Positions 10,561 through 20,505 of a DNA stretch of 35,952 nt are shown piece by piece (within the stretch, counting starts at the first letter, position 1; each line of letters starts with the position of its first letter). A model generated the notes under the pieces. It was given only the letters and a program-made list of their open reading frames with translations. It had not been told where the DNA came from and did no database searches. Source of the DNA: Trichomonas gallinae (Eukaryota); contig MRSU01001725.1 in the NCBI GenBank assembly GCA_008369845.1, forward strand, positions 1-35,952. Direction: 5' to 3'. The translations under genes and the position numbers were made by a program.

Positions 10561-10940
10561 CAAAAGGAAAACTCATCAAAATCATAGGAGGATCAATCAC
10601 ATTTAGTCCTTTAATATCCATGTAACTCTTTATTTTAATAAAAAAATATCTAAAAGGATAATAGGGATGTATCTTTAGAAAATTATCATAGCTCCAGATA
10701 TAAATGCTTGTTAGTTCGGAAATAGGCTGTTAAATTATGAATTTCATGTATTTTGCTTGTATATAGCAAAACATAATTTTATTATATTATAGAATCAAGC
10801 AATTTTAATTATATTAAATGGTTATATTCTGAAAATAATTCGGATGTTTGTTATAAAAATAGAGATATAAAAAAATTATGATGAGCCAAAATATTATTGC
10901 CATGTAAATATAATTTTTTGACATTTTAACGTCTTGTTGG

Positions 10941-11840
10941 ATGCAATTTGATTGGGATAATCTCCAACGAAATACGATAAGGCAGTTGAAAGCAGAAGCA
11001 GATGCTTTATCGATTTTCATCCCACATCGAGCTACAAAAACTGATATTATTCGAATTTTAGAAAGTCAGCGCTCAGACCTTGAACAACCACTTGCGAGGC
11101 CATTATTATCGAAAGGAAATTACATCGAAAACTCATCTCCGCCAGATAAAGTCGATATTCATCAATCTGCAATCGAATCAATGAAGAGAAACTACTTGCC
11201 GTCTGTACCACGAGATATGTTAGCAGAAGTTATAGTTAAATCAGAGTCTCCATATCAAAAAAAGTTCAATTTTTCACCAGTTCCAAGCTCTCCAACGAAT
11301 ATTCCTATTTCTTCGCCAATACTCAAATCTCCAAGTATATCAGAACGTTTTGTCCCATCAATGCTCCTCGAAGACTCAACGGCACCAAATTCAGCATTTG
11401 CATCTGCAAATTCATCGCGTTTGCAGTCACCTCTTGTTGGATCTTATCCTAAAACTAGCATTTCAAATAATAATGAACGCGTAATGACGCCGATTATTTC
11501 CAATGAAAGATCAATAACTCCAATTCACGTGCCTGTTCCTTCATACGGTTCCAACTTCAGAGTAAGCAAGATAACTAACTTTTTCTTTCATTCATTTTGG
11601 ATTTTATCGTTATTGACTTTCATTGCAGCATTTTCTGTTGGAGAAGCAATTTTCGCTACAACATTGTTTCTCATGTTATTTGTGATGATGTACATAATTA
11701 GAAGTATTGAAATTAATCACAAAGCTCGTCGATTGGCAACGTATTCTTTGAATCTTGGCGATTTTAGCCAAGTTCAGGGAATATATCATCCAGATAAATC
11801 CATTTATAAGAAAGCAGCATCCCTCATGAGTAGAAAATAA
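10941..11840 (+). CDS. Putative HeH/LEM- or SAP-like domain protein with two transmembrane helices
   Basis: N-terminal TIRQLKAEADALSIFIPHRATKTDIIRIL helix-extension-helix pattern, a long Ser/Pro-rich linker, then two adjacent hydrophobic helices (FFFHSFWILSLLTFIAAF; AIFATTLFLMLFVMMYII). Confidence 0.55.
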   Translation: MQFDWDNLQRNTIRQLKAEADALSIFIPHRATKTDIIRILESQRSDLEQPLARPLLSKGNYIENSSPPDKVDIHQSAIESMKRNYLPSVPRDMLAEVIVKSESPYQKKFNFSPVPSSPTNIPISSPILKSPSISERFVPSMLLEDSTAPNSAFASANSSRLQSPLVGSYPKTSISNNNERVMTPIISNERSITPIHVPVPSYGSNFRVSKITNFFFHSFWILSLLTFIAAFSVGEAIFATTLFLMLFVMMYIIRSIEINHKARRLATYSLNLGDFSQVQGIYHPDKSIYKKAASLMSRK

Positions 11841-12049
11841 TTTGTTTGTAAAAATATAGATTTGATTTCTTTTAATTTTATCTAAATTAATCAAAATATT
11901 ATATATTAGGAGCAACAAACTCAATGATATTAAATTAAAAAAAAGAAAGATTCGAAATAAAAACTTTTTTTTAAATCAACATAATCTATAAAGTTACAGA
12001 ATCATTAATATAATAAATAAATATATATATTAATATAATAAATAAATAC

Positions 12050-12984
12050 TTATATGGCACCATGGTTGATGAGAATGTCGCGAATTTTAGTGAAATTTTT
12101 CGATTCTGCGATGTTTAGTGGTGTTTTGTTTTGCTTGTCTTTGATGTTGAGTTTTGCACCGCGATGGATGAGGTATTCAACACTTTCGAAGCCACCTACA
12201 TCAACAGCTTTGTGAAGTGGTGGTTAAACCAGAATTTGTACAATCATTTATATCCAGGCCATGATCAAGGGGATATTTAATTACAGCAGCATGATTTCCT
12301 CTTGCTGCACCATGAAGACTTGTATTTCCATTTTTATCTTTCCATTTAATTTCGCATCCTTTCTCATGGAGATACTTGAGTACTTCAAGGTGTCCCTTCC
12401 AGGCTGCATAATATGAACAGTTTGCGTTATCAGATGTTTTTGAATTTACATCACATTTAATTCCAACAAGATATTTGACTGTATCAAGATGTCCTCCTTG
12501 AGATGCAAGGATAATTGCATTGAATCCATTTACAAACGTCGAATTTATGTCGTATCCTGAAGAAATGAGTTTTCGAAGATCATCTGTCATACCATCTGAT
12601 GCTGCTCTAAAAGCATCATTTGACTTTGTTTTTTCTCGATTGCTGTCGTTGCTGTCTTCGAACTGTTTAGGGTTAACAGATGTCTTTATACAATATCTTA
12701 AAACTGAGCGCCTCGCATGCAGATTGAATGAACTCTAAAAAGTTATTGATTCCTTCTTCATTTCTAGAGTCAAAGCTAACACTAATTGATTTAAATACGC
12801 TGATTATGTCTTCTACATTGTATTGATCTTTTAATCCTTTAAAAATGTACGTTCCTTGTTTTGCATCAAATTTTGCTTCGTTAATGATTTTTAGCATGTT
12901 GTCGAAGTCTACGTAAACACCGAAGAAGGTATCGTTGGCGATTGTTTCCCCAACAGTCTTTGCACACTCTTTAAAGTCGAGCAC
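12050..12984 (-). pseudogene. Ankyrin-repeat protein pseudogene (GTG in place of ATG, two frameshifts)
   Basis: Ankyrin repeats GFNAIILASQGGHLDTVKYL and GNTSLHGAARGNH. Frameshifts near 12695 and 12222; the second restores TPLHKAVDVGGFESVEYLIHRGA...NKTPLNIA...ILINHGAI to TAA 12050-12052. Confidence 0.85.
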
Positions 12985-13113
12985 CGGTAATATTTTAAAG
13001 TCGTAATAACCTTATTAAAAATTTATGTTGGCAAAAAAATCCAAATAGCATTTTTTGTTTGCTATTCAGGACAATAAATATATAATTAATCATAAGATGC
13101 TTATCATTATGCA

Positions 13114-13665
13114 TAGGGATGCAACTTGAGAGGAATTGCAATTTGAGAGGAATTGAGAGAGAAAACGATTAAAAAGCCCTCAAATATAGGGGCCACCTTT
13201 GGGAAGCAACTTGTCCAAATTTTTTCTCATAAAAATATAGGGGCCACCTTCGGTCAACCAGTTTATAACTTTAGTAATTTTAAATAAATTTAGAAAATAA
13301 ATTAGTAGATGAATAGTTTTACTGTTCGTGTCTAGTATCATGTACATAAAAGCTGGTACTAAAAAAATTCTCGAATAATCTAGCTTGATTTTTGAAAATT
13401 GTAAGTAGATTTTGCTGAATAACACTTGAATTATAATATGACAATATGACATGTAAATTATTAAAAAGAATATTACATGACATATTTGACATGTAAATAG
13501 TGGTAAGAAAAGTGACGATTTTCAATTTTGTTTGGCACTATTTTTGCCTAGTAAATATTTTATTTGTCAAAAAAATGTAAATCAATAAAAGGTTATTTTT
13601 GCTTGGAAGATAGAGAAAATGGAGTTTGGGAAATTTCCAGAATATCTTCAGAATTTGCATCCCTA
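13114..13665. mobile_element. Non-autonomous DNA transposon/MITE, hAT-like
   Basis: Perfect 11-bp TIRs TAGGGATGCAA (13114-13124) and TTGCATCCCTA (13655-13665), with TTATGCA duplicated on both flanks. Internal short repeats and no credible ORF. The right end recurs at 33238-33324. Confidence 0.8.
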
Positions 13666-13750
13666 TTATGCATAAATGATGAATCAAAAAAGCGTCATTT
13701 TTGCCAGAAAAAATATTTCTTGAGTTTTGATAATTGAGAAAGAAAAAGTA

Positions 13751-13821
13751 TGCACCGCCCGGGAATCGAACCCGGACCCCCACCTTGGCAAGGTGAAATT
13801 CTACCATTAGACCAGCGGTGC
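13751..13821 (-). tRNA. tRNA-Gly(GCC)
   Basis: Cloverleaf GCACCGC TG GTCT AATGGTA GAAT T TCACC TTGCCAA GGTGG GGGT CCGGG TTCGATT CCCGG GCGGTGC A. No encoded CCA; an oligo-T Pol III terminator follows. Confidence 0.97.
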
Positions 13822-13928
13822 TTTACATCGATTATTAAAATTATATATTTATTATATGATCTAATCTTATTCTAGATTTTTTATTTTATGATAACATTAA
13901 TCTGAAGCACGTTTCTAATTAAAATACC

Positions 13929-14607
13929 ATGGAATCAGGAATATATTTCATCGAGCTTTAGGGAGTCCAAAGTGTTAATGGATGCACAGATAATGTCATA
14001 AATTTGCGCGATTTTATGGCGCAAGCGGTTCATTTCGAAATTTAAGGTTAACGTCGATCATTTTTCCTTTTTATTGGTGACCATTGCAATGCTCCATCTA
14101 ATTGCTCTGCCAATAATCCAACAGCAGGAGGCTATAATGGTGGAGGAGCTGCACGTTTCGATGCTAACGATAATGATAATTCAGACTGATATTAGACTCG
14201 ATGATAATGACATCACCTCACGAAATATCGTTGCAGCAGAAGGCTCTGGTTCAACCTTTGATACATTTGGAGCTCCTGGAGGAGATCTTACAGGATACCC
14301 AATGAACTGTAAGTATTTTAAGACTTGCATTGAACCTTCATTAACTAACCAAACATCATGATTTGATGTTGGCATTGAGGCAGAGTTAGGAGTTTCTTCA
14401 AATGGATCGAGTTTTATCAGTTGTTATCCAGGCTGCAATTCGATGAATAAACTAAGACAGCCAACAGGAAGTCCAGTTCATTATTCGAATTTTGTGTATA
14501 CGAAACCAATGATGTATAATGGAAACAAAACTTTCCTCAATCCAATCGGCGAATTTGAAGAAGGCCACATTGAAAATAGTGCCATCAAAATTATTCGATT
14601 ATTTTAA
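13929..14607 (+). pseudogene. Glycine-rich domain (PF12810-like) pseudogene
   Basis: GIYFIEL*GVQ (TAG 13959, probably Trp), GYNGGGAA, TDIRL..SRNIVAAEGSG, GAPGGDLTGY, TGA 14359, GSSFISCYPGC, SPVHYSNFVY, EEGHIENSAIKI. Contains frameshifts and eroded Gly tracts. Boundaries approximate. Confidence 0.75.
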
Positions 14608-15917
14608 TAATATAGAAGTAACTGTGTGTGTGTCATACATAATAGTGCTATTTTTATATTCTTTTTGAATTCATTTCAATCAATTTTCATGAATTAATTT
14701 TTATATTTCAATATAAGCTAAATATAGCTCAAAATATCCTATATTAGACGCAAAATAGCTATACAATGGTTGATGTTTAAAAAATAATGCATCATATTGT
14801 ATATCATAAAAAATAAAAACAATAATTATGTGATGTAAAGCATGACAATATATTGTTTATAATGTTGTCTTCGATTATATTGGTTAAAACTAGAGAATAG
14901 AGCAATGAGATTCATCATTAAAATTAGTTTAATATGTGTTAAATTTATGATTTGAATATATTGTTGTTTTTAATGGGATTTTTGTCAATAAAATTTAAAA
15001 AGATGCTGAAACTAAATATTTCAGATTCAGATCATTGATTTATTTACATGTTTTCATGTAATTAGTTCGTATAATATTTTGGAAAGAGTATTTTTGGCCT
15101 TTATATAGGCTTAACTTCAGGTTTCTTCTAGTAAAATAGCCAATTTCTGACAATAAATTTTGGGATATATATATACAAAATTTTTAGAGATATACTATAC
15201 AGGTGCGAAACAATTATTGAGCAAAACAAATTAATCCGGTTTAATCACGATCATATTTAATGATTAAGGGATTTTATGGCAAAGTTTAATTTCAAAAATT
15301 CATTGAAAGAACGTATTTATCCGATACAAACGTCTCTATTTATGTCACTTTTTGACATAAATCTGAAGTCTATTTTTTGATTCAAAATTCGCGATTTATT
15401 ATTGAACAGGATTCACGTAATAATTACTAATTTTCATAATTGACAAATTTATTATGTTATTTCAAAACTTTTGGAAAAGTTTGTAAATCTTGTCTGCCAT
15501 GAGTCATGTTTGATTTCATCGATATTGTGATGCTAAACGTTGAATATTTGATGTTGTTTAGCGAATTTTTGAAAAATTATTAATAATTTTGTTTGTTTTT
15601 ATCAGATTTTATGCACTTCTTTAACTTATGATTGTATCATGCATGCTTCGAACCAGCATAATGAAATAAGTAAATAGTGAATAGTTCTGTAGAATTTTGA
15701 AATTTCGAAATATAGAAGAACTGGTTGAAATATTTGGTACTTTGATTGAAGGGGATGCCATAACTTAATGGCACATTGCAGAATCGAGTCAATGATAAGC
15801 TTTGTTGAGAACGATAGAAAGATCTTCCAAGTATCATCCTAATCTGAAGTAAAATAATTTCTAGTATATATTATTATTTTAGTAGATAATATGAAATTTA
15901 AAAATAAAATTGTTTTT

Positions 15918-15964
15918 CATTCAAATTTTATTTTTCGATTTTTTCGAAAAATAAAATTTGAATG
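15918..15964. repeat. Perfect 21-bp inverted repeat with 5-nt spacer
   Basis: CATTCAAATTTTATTTTTCGA (15918-15938), TTTTT, TCGAAAAATAAAATTTGAATG (15944-15964). Confidence 0.9.
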
Positions 15965-16090
15965 TAAACATTGACATTATATTTTCACTTTTTTGAATTG
16001 AAAATTGAAAATTTTTAGGAACATTATAAAATAAAAAAAAAAACCATTTAATCATAATTTACTTACTCGCAACATATATTAAAATGGATT

Positions 16091-16573
16091 TTATAAATCG
16101 AAATTAAGAAGGTCACCATGGATACAATCCCAATCAACAAGTGACAAATCGCTATCTAGTGAGAAGCCTTCAGTCTGTAATGGATTGTCGAACGAAAATT
16201 CTGATTTGATATTCATGGATTGTTTATCACCTTGGTTGATGATCTCTTTGAGATATATGTCTGGGAATACAGTGCATATCTGGATCCAGTTTTCACAATA
16301 CCAGCATATTAAAGCCTCTGAAACTCTTTTTGCATCTCTATCTAATTTGATGTTGAGTTCTCTCGAAAAAGCAACTGCTAAACGGATCATATCAGCCTTT
16401 TTCTTTAATCCAGGCAATGAACTAAGATATCTTTGGAGATATTGAAAAAGATTGCTCACTCTCCTTCTACGTTTGTCAATCATGCCTCGATACTCTTCGT
16501 ATTGAGGAGATATGCATTTTTTGGGCGGATCTCTCTTTATAACAAACATTCCCACTTGATTATTCGAACTCAT
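16091..16573 (-). CDS. Hypothetical protein with an IKLDRxAKR...ICWYCENW motif
   Basis: Basic helical core followed by an acidic/aromatic tail. ATG 16573 is preferred because Inr-like TCACT (16609-16613) and TCATT motifs lie downstream of the track's ATG 16618. Confidence 0.7.
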   Translation of the reverse strand: MSSNNQVGMFVIKRDPPKKCISPQYEEYRGMIDKRRRRVSNLFQYLQRYLSSLPGLKKKADMIRLAVAFSRELNIKLDRDAKRVSEALICWYCENWIQICTVFPDIYLKEIINQGDKQSMNIKSEFSFDNPLQTEGFSLDSDLSLVDWDCIHGDLLNFDL

Positions 16574-17840
16574 AATGATAATGATAAGTTTCAAAGAAAT
16601 TGCCAAAAAGTGACGCATATGGATTTTTTCTATTATATGATATGTATCATATTAAGGAAATAAAAAAGGAAATTTTTCTCTAATCAGAAAATATTTAACG
16701 TTCATTTTGTAATTACTTTGAAATATTGATATATAGTCTTAAATATTAACTATTTTTTTCAAAACTAAACATTTACATGTAAAAAAATATTTGATTGTAT
16801 GTGCTGCATCATTCAAGGAAGTGAACAATTATACCAATCTTTAAGACACGTTAAACAGTTTTTCATAATTAATTCAAAAAAAAAAAATTTTATATGACAA
16901 AAATAAAAAAAGGACATAATAACATGTTTAGACTTTTATTATATTTTTTCAGAATACTGGATTTTTTAAAATACCTGAGTAATTCAACTATGTATAGTTC
17001 CTGAATAGTATTTAAACCGTTCTGAAAAGTAATTATTCATAAACATGAATATTTAAACTGTTCTGAAACATGAATAAAATAAAGTAGAAATTGGTATTTT
17101 TGACATGTCAAATTTTGCCGATCTCAAAAATTTGAATGCGTCATTAATGTCGTTGTGTTTCTTTGAAACATCCTAGATAAACTAGTCATAACTATGTGAA
17201 AACTCGATCATAGTGTCATGAAATTCACAAGTATCATGTACTCTCGACTATGCACCATTTTCAATGTTATCTTTCATTATTTATTGCTTTTCGTAGCTGC
17301 TAAACATTAAACTCTTCATCTAATTGTTATCGATTAATGATTCAAAGAATAATTTTCAATTTTCCGTAAAAAAATCTTTTTAATTTTTCAATAATTACAA
17401 CTTACGGAGAAATCTTTTTTGCATTATGGTTAAGCACAATTTTTTTACGTTGGTTGTTACCGTGCATATAATAATTGACGATAATTTACAATATTTTTCA
17501 AAAAACGAAAATTCTACGGATTATAATTCTTTCGGAACATTTTGAGCGCTATTTTAAAGCTTGTCGAATCTATTATATAGCATTTCATGCGGCATTGAAA
17601 TTTCCAAAATTTTGTTTCGAATTGTTCAAAAATGAAAAGTGCATCAATACAAATGAAAAAAAGAAACATATTTATTAATTCAAACCAAGTATGAATTTTT
17701 ACGTGAAGCTTGAATGAAAAATTAAGTTAAACAATACTTGCTAAATAATTAAGTGGTATATAAAAAATTTGTACTATTGACAAAAGTTGATTATAAATAC
17801 CACAAATAGTTACGCATTATAGTTATTTATATTCTTATTC

Positions 17841-18851
17841 TTATGTGGTACCATGAAGTATTACATCAATAAGATAAAGATAGTGTTCATGTCGTGTGTT
17901 GCAGTTAAATCTGAGAGCACAAACAATGTCAAGAGAACCTTCATAAATGAAGCGTTTTGCAACACGATGATCTTGATTTTGGTCAGGATTTGATGATTCA
18001 CAGAACACCGTGCTCAGATAGTCAAAGTTCAGAGCAAACTGATTTGTTGAAATTAAGTTTGTGTTAACACCTTCTGAGCCAACATCGCATTTATTATCTC
18101 CTATGAAGCATTTGACGATTTTAATCACATTCTCTTGTCCGTAAAAAAGTGGACCAATATTATTACCAATAAAGATATCTTCTTCGACGGTGCAAGGTTT
18201 TCCTCTCAACGCATGGACAATATTTGGGGAAAAATTATTCACAACATTGCATTTATTAATTTTTGATTCTTCTTTACAACTTTCAAATCTGATTACAGAG
18301 TTTTCGCCTGATGTGCAATTTGCAAATGATGATAGAAGACACAATGGAGAATATGGGAAATGAGAGCGAAAACTTGAAGTTTGAATTGCTTTGCATTCAG
18401 AAATATTTGTGTTAGAAAGAGAGAAACACCCATGTTGAAAATCACAAGCTGATCCTCCTTTGTATTCATCACCGCATGAAAAAACTGTAGAAGAATTCAA
18501 AAAATTCTTTTTTTTAAATTCATCGGTTACAATCATTTCTGAAAAATGTCCCAAGTATGATGGTGCAGATGTAGAGCAATTTTTCCCACAAACACGGTTC
18601 AAGCAGCATTGGCCTTCATATACAAAATCAACAGCAGGACCAGGTTTATAAATTTTAAAATAGTCCGTAAAACTGCTCGATTCGATTAGAAGTTTGTTGT
18701 GAACTTTGAATGAAATAAATGAAATAGCACGATCTGTGCCACCAGAAAATGTGCAATCATGTGCATAGAATTGGCCATTTGAAGGATTTCGCCCGCCATT
18801 GAAAGGTGTGAAACTGCCGTCGTAGAAATCATCCCAATCAAGATTCATCAT
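17841..18851 (-). CDS. Hypothetical Cys/Asn/Ser-rich protein, possible beta-helix repeat
   Basis: 336-aa ORF with periodic motifs (DCTFS, SSSFT, TNISEC, SSFANC, KCNVVNN, KCFIGDN). The fold is an inference. Confidence 0.65.
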   Translation of the reverse strand: MMNLDWDDFYDGSFTPFNGGRNPSNGQFYAHDCTFSGGTDRAISFISFKVHNKLLIESSSFTDYFKIYKPGPAVDFVYEGQCCLNRVCGKNCSTSAPSYLGHFSEMIVTDEFKKKNFLNSSTVFSCGDEYKGGSACDFQHGCFSLSNTNISECKAIQTSSFRSHFPYSPLCLLSSFANCTSGENSVIRFESCKEESKINKCNVVNNFSPNIVHALRGKPCTVEEDIFIGNNIGPLFYGQENVIKIVKCFIGDNKCDVGSEGVNTNLISTNQFALNFDYLSTVFCESSNPDQNQDHRVAKRFIYEGSLDIVCALRFNCNTRHEHYLYLIDVILHGTT

Positions 18852-19553
18852 TCCTTTTGTTATCTTTTTAACTCATATAAAATATAAAAAAATTAACAAA
18901 AATGTGACAGTTTTACAAACGGTTTTGTACTGACGATAAAAATCATTGAAATACGACTTGACAGAAAATAAGCAGAAAAGAAAATATGTTGATTTTGAAG
19001 ATATATTTAGAAATCGTCATAGTTTGTTGTCTGTATTGGATTTAGCAAATGATAAATTTTAGAAACTATGTTATGATAAATATTATGGAATTTCATGAAT
19101 TAAAAAAAAATCAAAATTACTGTGTTTTGAATATTATAGAGGATAAAATGTACCAATGAAGAAAATCAATCTAAATGATATAATTTTGTCTTGTATTATT
19201 TATTTCTGAACTTGAAAATATGAATATTGTGATTTAAAATACTAGAAATCTCTTAAATTTAATTTTTAATTTTCTAAATTAATAAGATTTTATATCAAAA
19301 CAAATAAATAGATTTTAAAACAAAGAAAAAGTCAAATAATATAAGATATTCTCGTGCATAAAGCAAATTATGGATGATCCTCGTTCTTACTAATTAATAA
19401 AACATGATATAAGTGAAGCTAAACTTCATTTTTAATTTGTTGAATGTATTCTAATATAATGGATGTAGTGTATTGGATCACATCTAGAATTGAACAGCTC
19501 TATGGTGTGTCTCTGATTATATTGCTAATTTAAAATAATGAATTTTCTATAAT

Positions 19554-20147
19554 TTAAAAGCAACAGTAATGATGTGTTACTTTGTTTGCTGTAAGTATCC
19601 TACAATTATCATTTGTCATAATTGCCAGTCTAGCTGCTTCTGAAAAGATTTCATCAATTCCACTTCCAGTTTTAGCTGAGCAAAAGTAAATATGCTTATA
19701 TTTTTCAAGTAGCATGGTGTTAATATCATTAATACTTGCTGGTGGCTCTGCTTCAATGTCAATTTTATTAATTGCAATAATAATCGGAATATTTTTGGCA
19801 TAATTGACGGCCTGCTGATTCCATTTCATGATATGCTCAATAGATGACGAGTCAAACAAAGAAGCTACGATGATCACACATAATGCACTTTTAATATATA
19901 AAGGAGCAATCGAATGATATTCTTCCTGTCCAGCTGTATCCCATATACTAAGTTCAATGTTGTCATTGTCGAGTTTTATAAAAATTTTACTATTTCCAAT
20001 ACCAATTGTTGGTTTTTCTTGGCGAAATTCACCAGATAGTTTCCTGTTGCAAATAGATGTCTTTCCAACACCAGCATCTCCAAGGAGGATAACTTTATAA
20101 GTTTTCTCCATTGAAATTTCTTTCCCGGTAGAAAAATCATTTGTCAT
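19554..20147 (-). CDS. Divergent Rab-family small GTPase
   Basis: GDAGVGKTS, PTIG, WDTAGQE, NKID, CSAK and C-terminal CCF. Confidence 0.9.
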   Translation of the reverse strand: MTNDFSTGKEISMEKTYKVILLGDAGVGKTSICNRKLSGEFRQEKPTIGIGNSKIFIKLDNDNIELSIWDTAGQEEYHSIAPLYIKSALCVIIVASLFDSSSIEHIMKWNQQAVNYAKNIPIIIAINKIDIEAEPPASINDINTMLLEKYKHIYFCSAKTGSGIDEIFSEAARLAIMTNDNCRILTANKVTHHYCCF

Positions 20148-20505
20148 GTAAAATTAAAATTTTGTTAAATAATTACTTTACTTGGCAGAAAATTATCACA
20201 AAATCATTTCATGTTTTGCTCTTCCTTGTAATGTATTTTATTAAAATATGTAATAACGGCGTTTATTTTATTAGGATTTCTTGTATATAATGCATTCATT
20301 AGTAACACTAATGATAAATATGATCAGCAAGTTATTGATTTTTTAATAATGCATTCAGATATTCTTTCTAATGATAATGATTATACATTTATTGTAAAAA
20401 TGGCACGGAATGTAAAGTATTTTGATACGCTCAATTAGAAATATTGGAGTTATATGTTGAAAATAACTACATCTTTTCATTTATAATAACAAAATTTTAG
20501 ATTGT

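Noticed and set aside
10662..10671. TAGGGATGTA resembling the MITE TIR
   Set aside because: It is mismatched, has no subterminal similarity and has no partner end.
13180..13807. Short ORFs over the MITE and tRNA-Gly
   Set aside because: No transposase motifs; the repeated GGPYI simply reflects the 18-bp DNA repeat.
17009..17076. Local imperfect duplications (TATTTAAACYGTTCTGAAA x2)
   Set aside because: Simple slippage-type repeats with no array or spacer structure.
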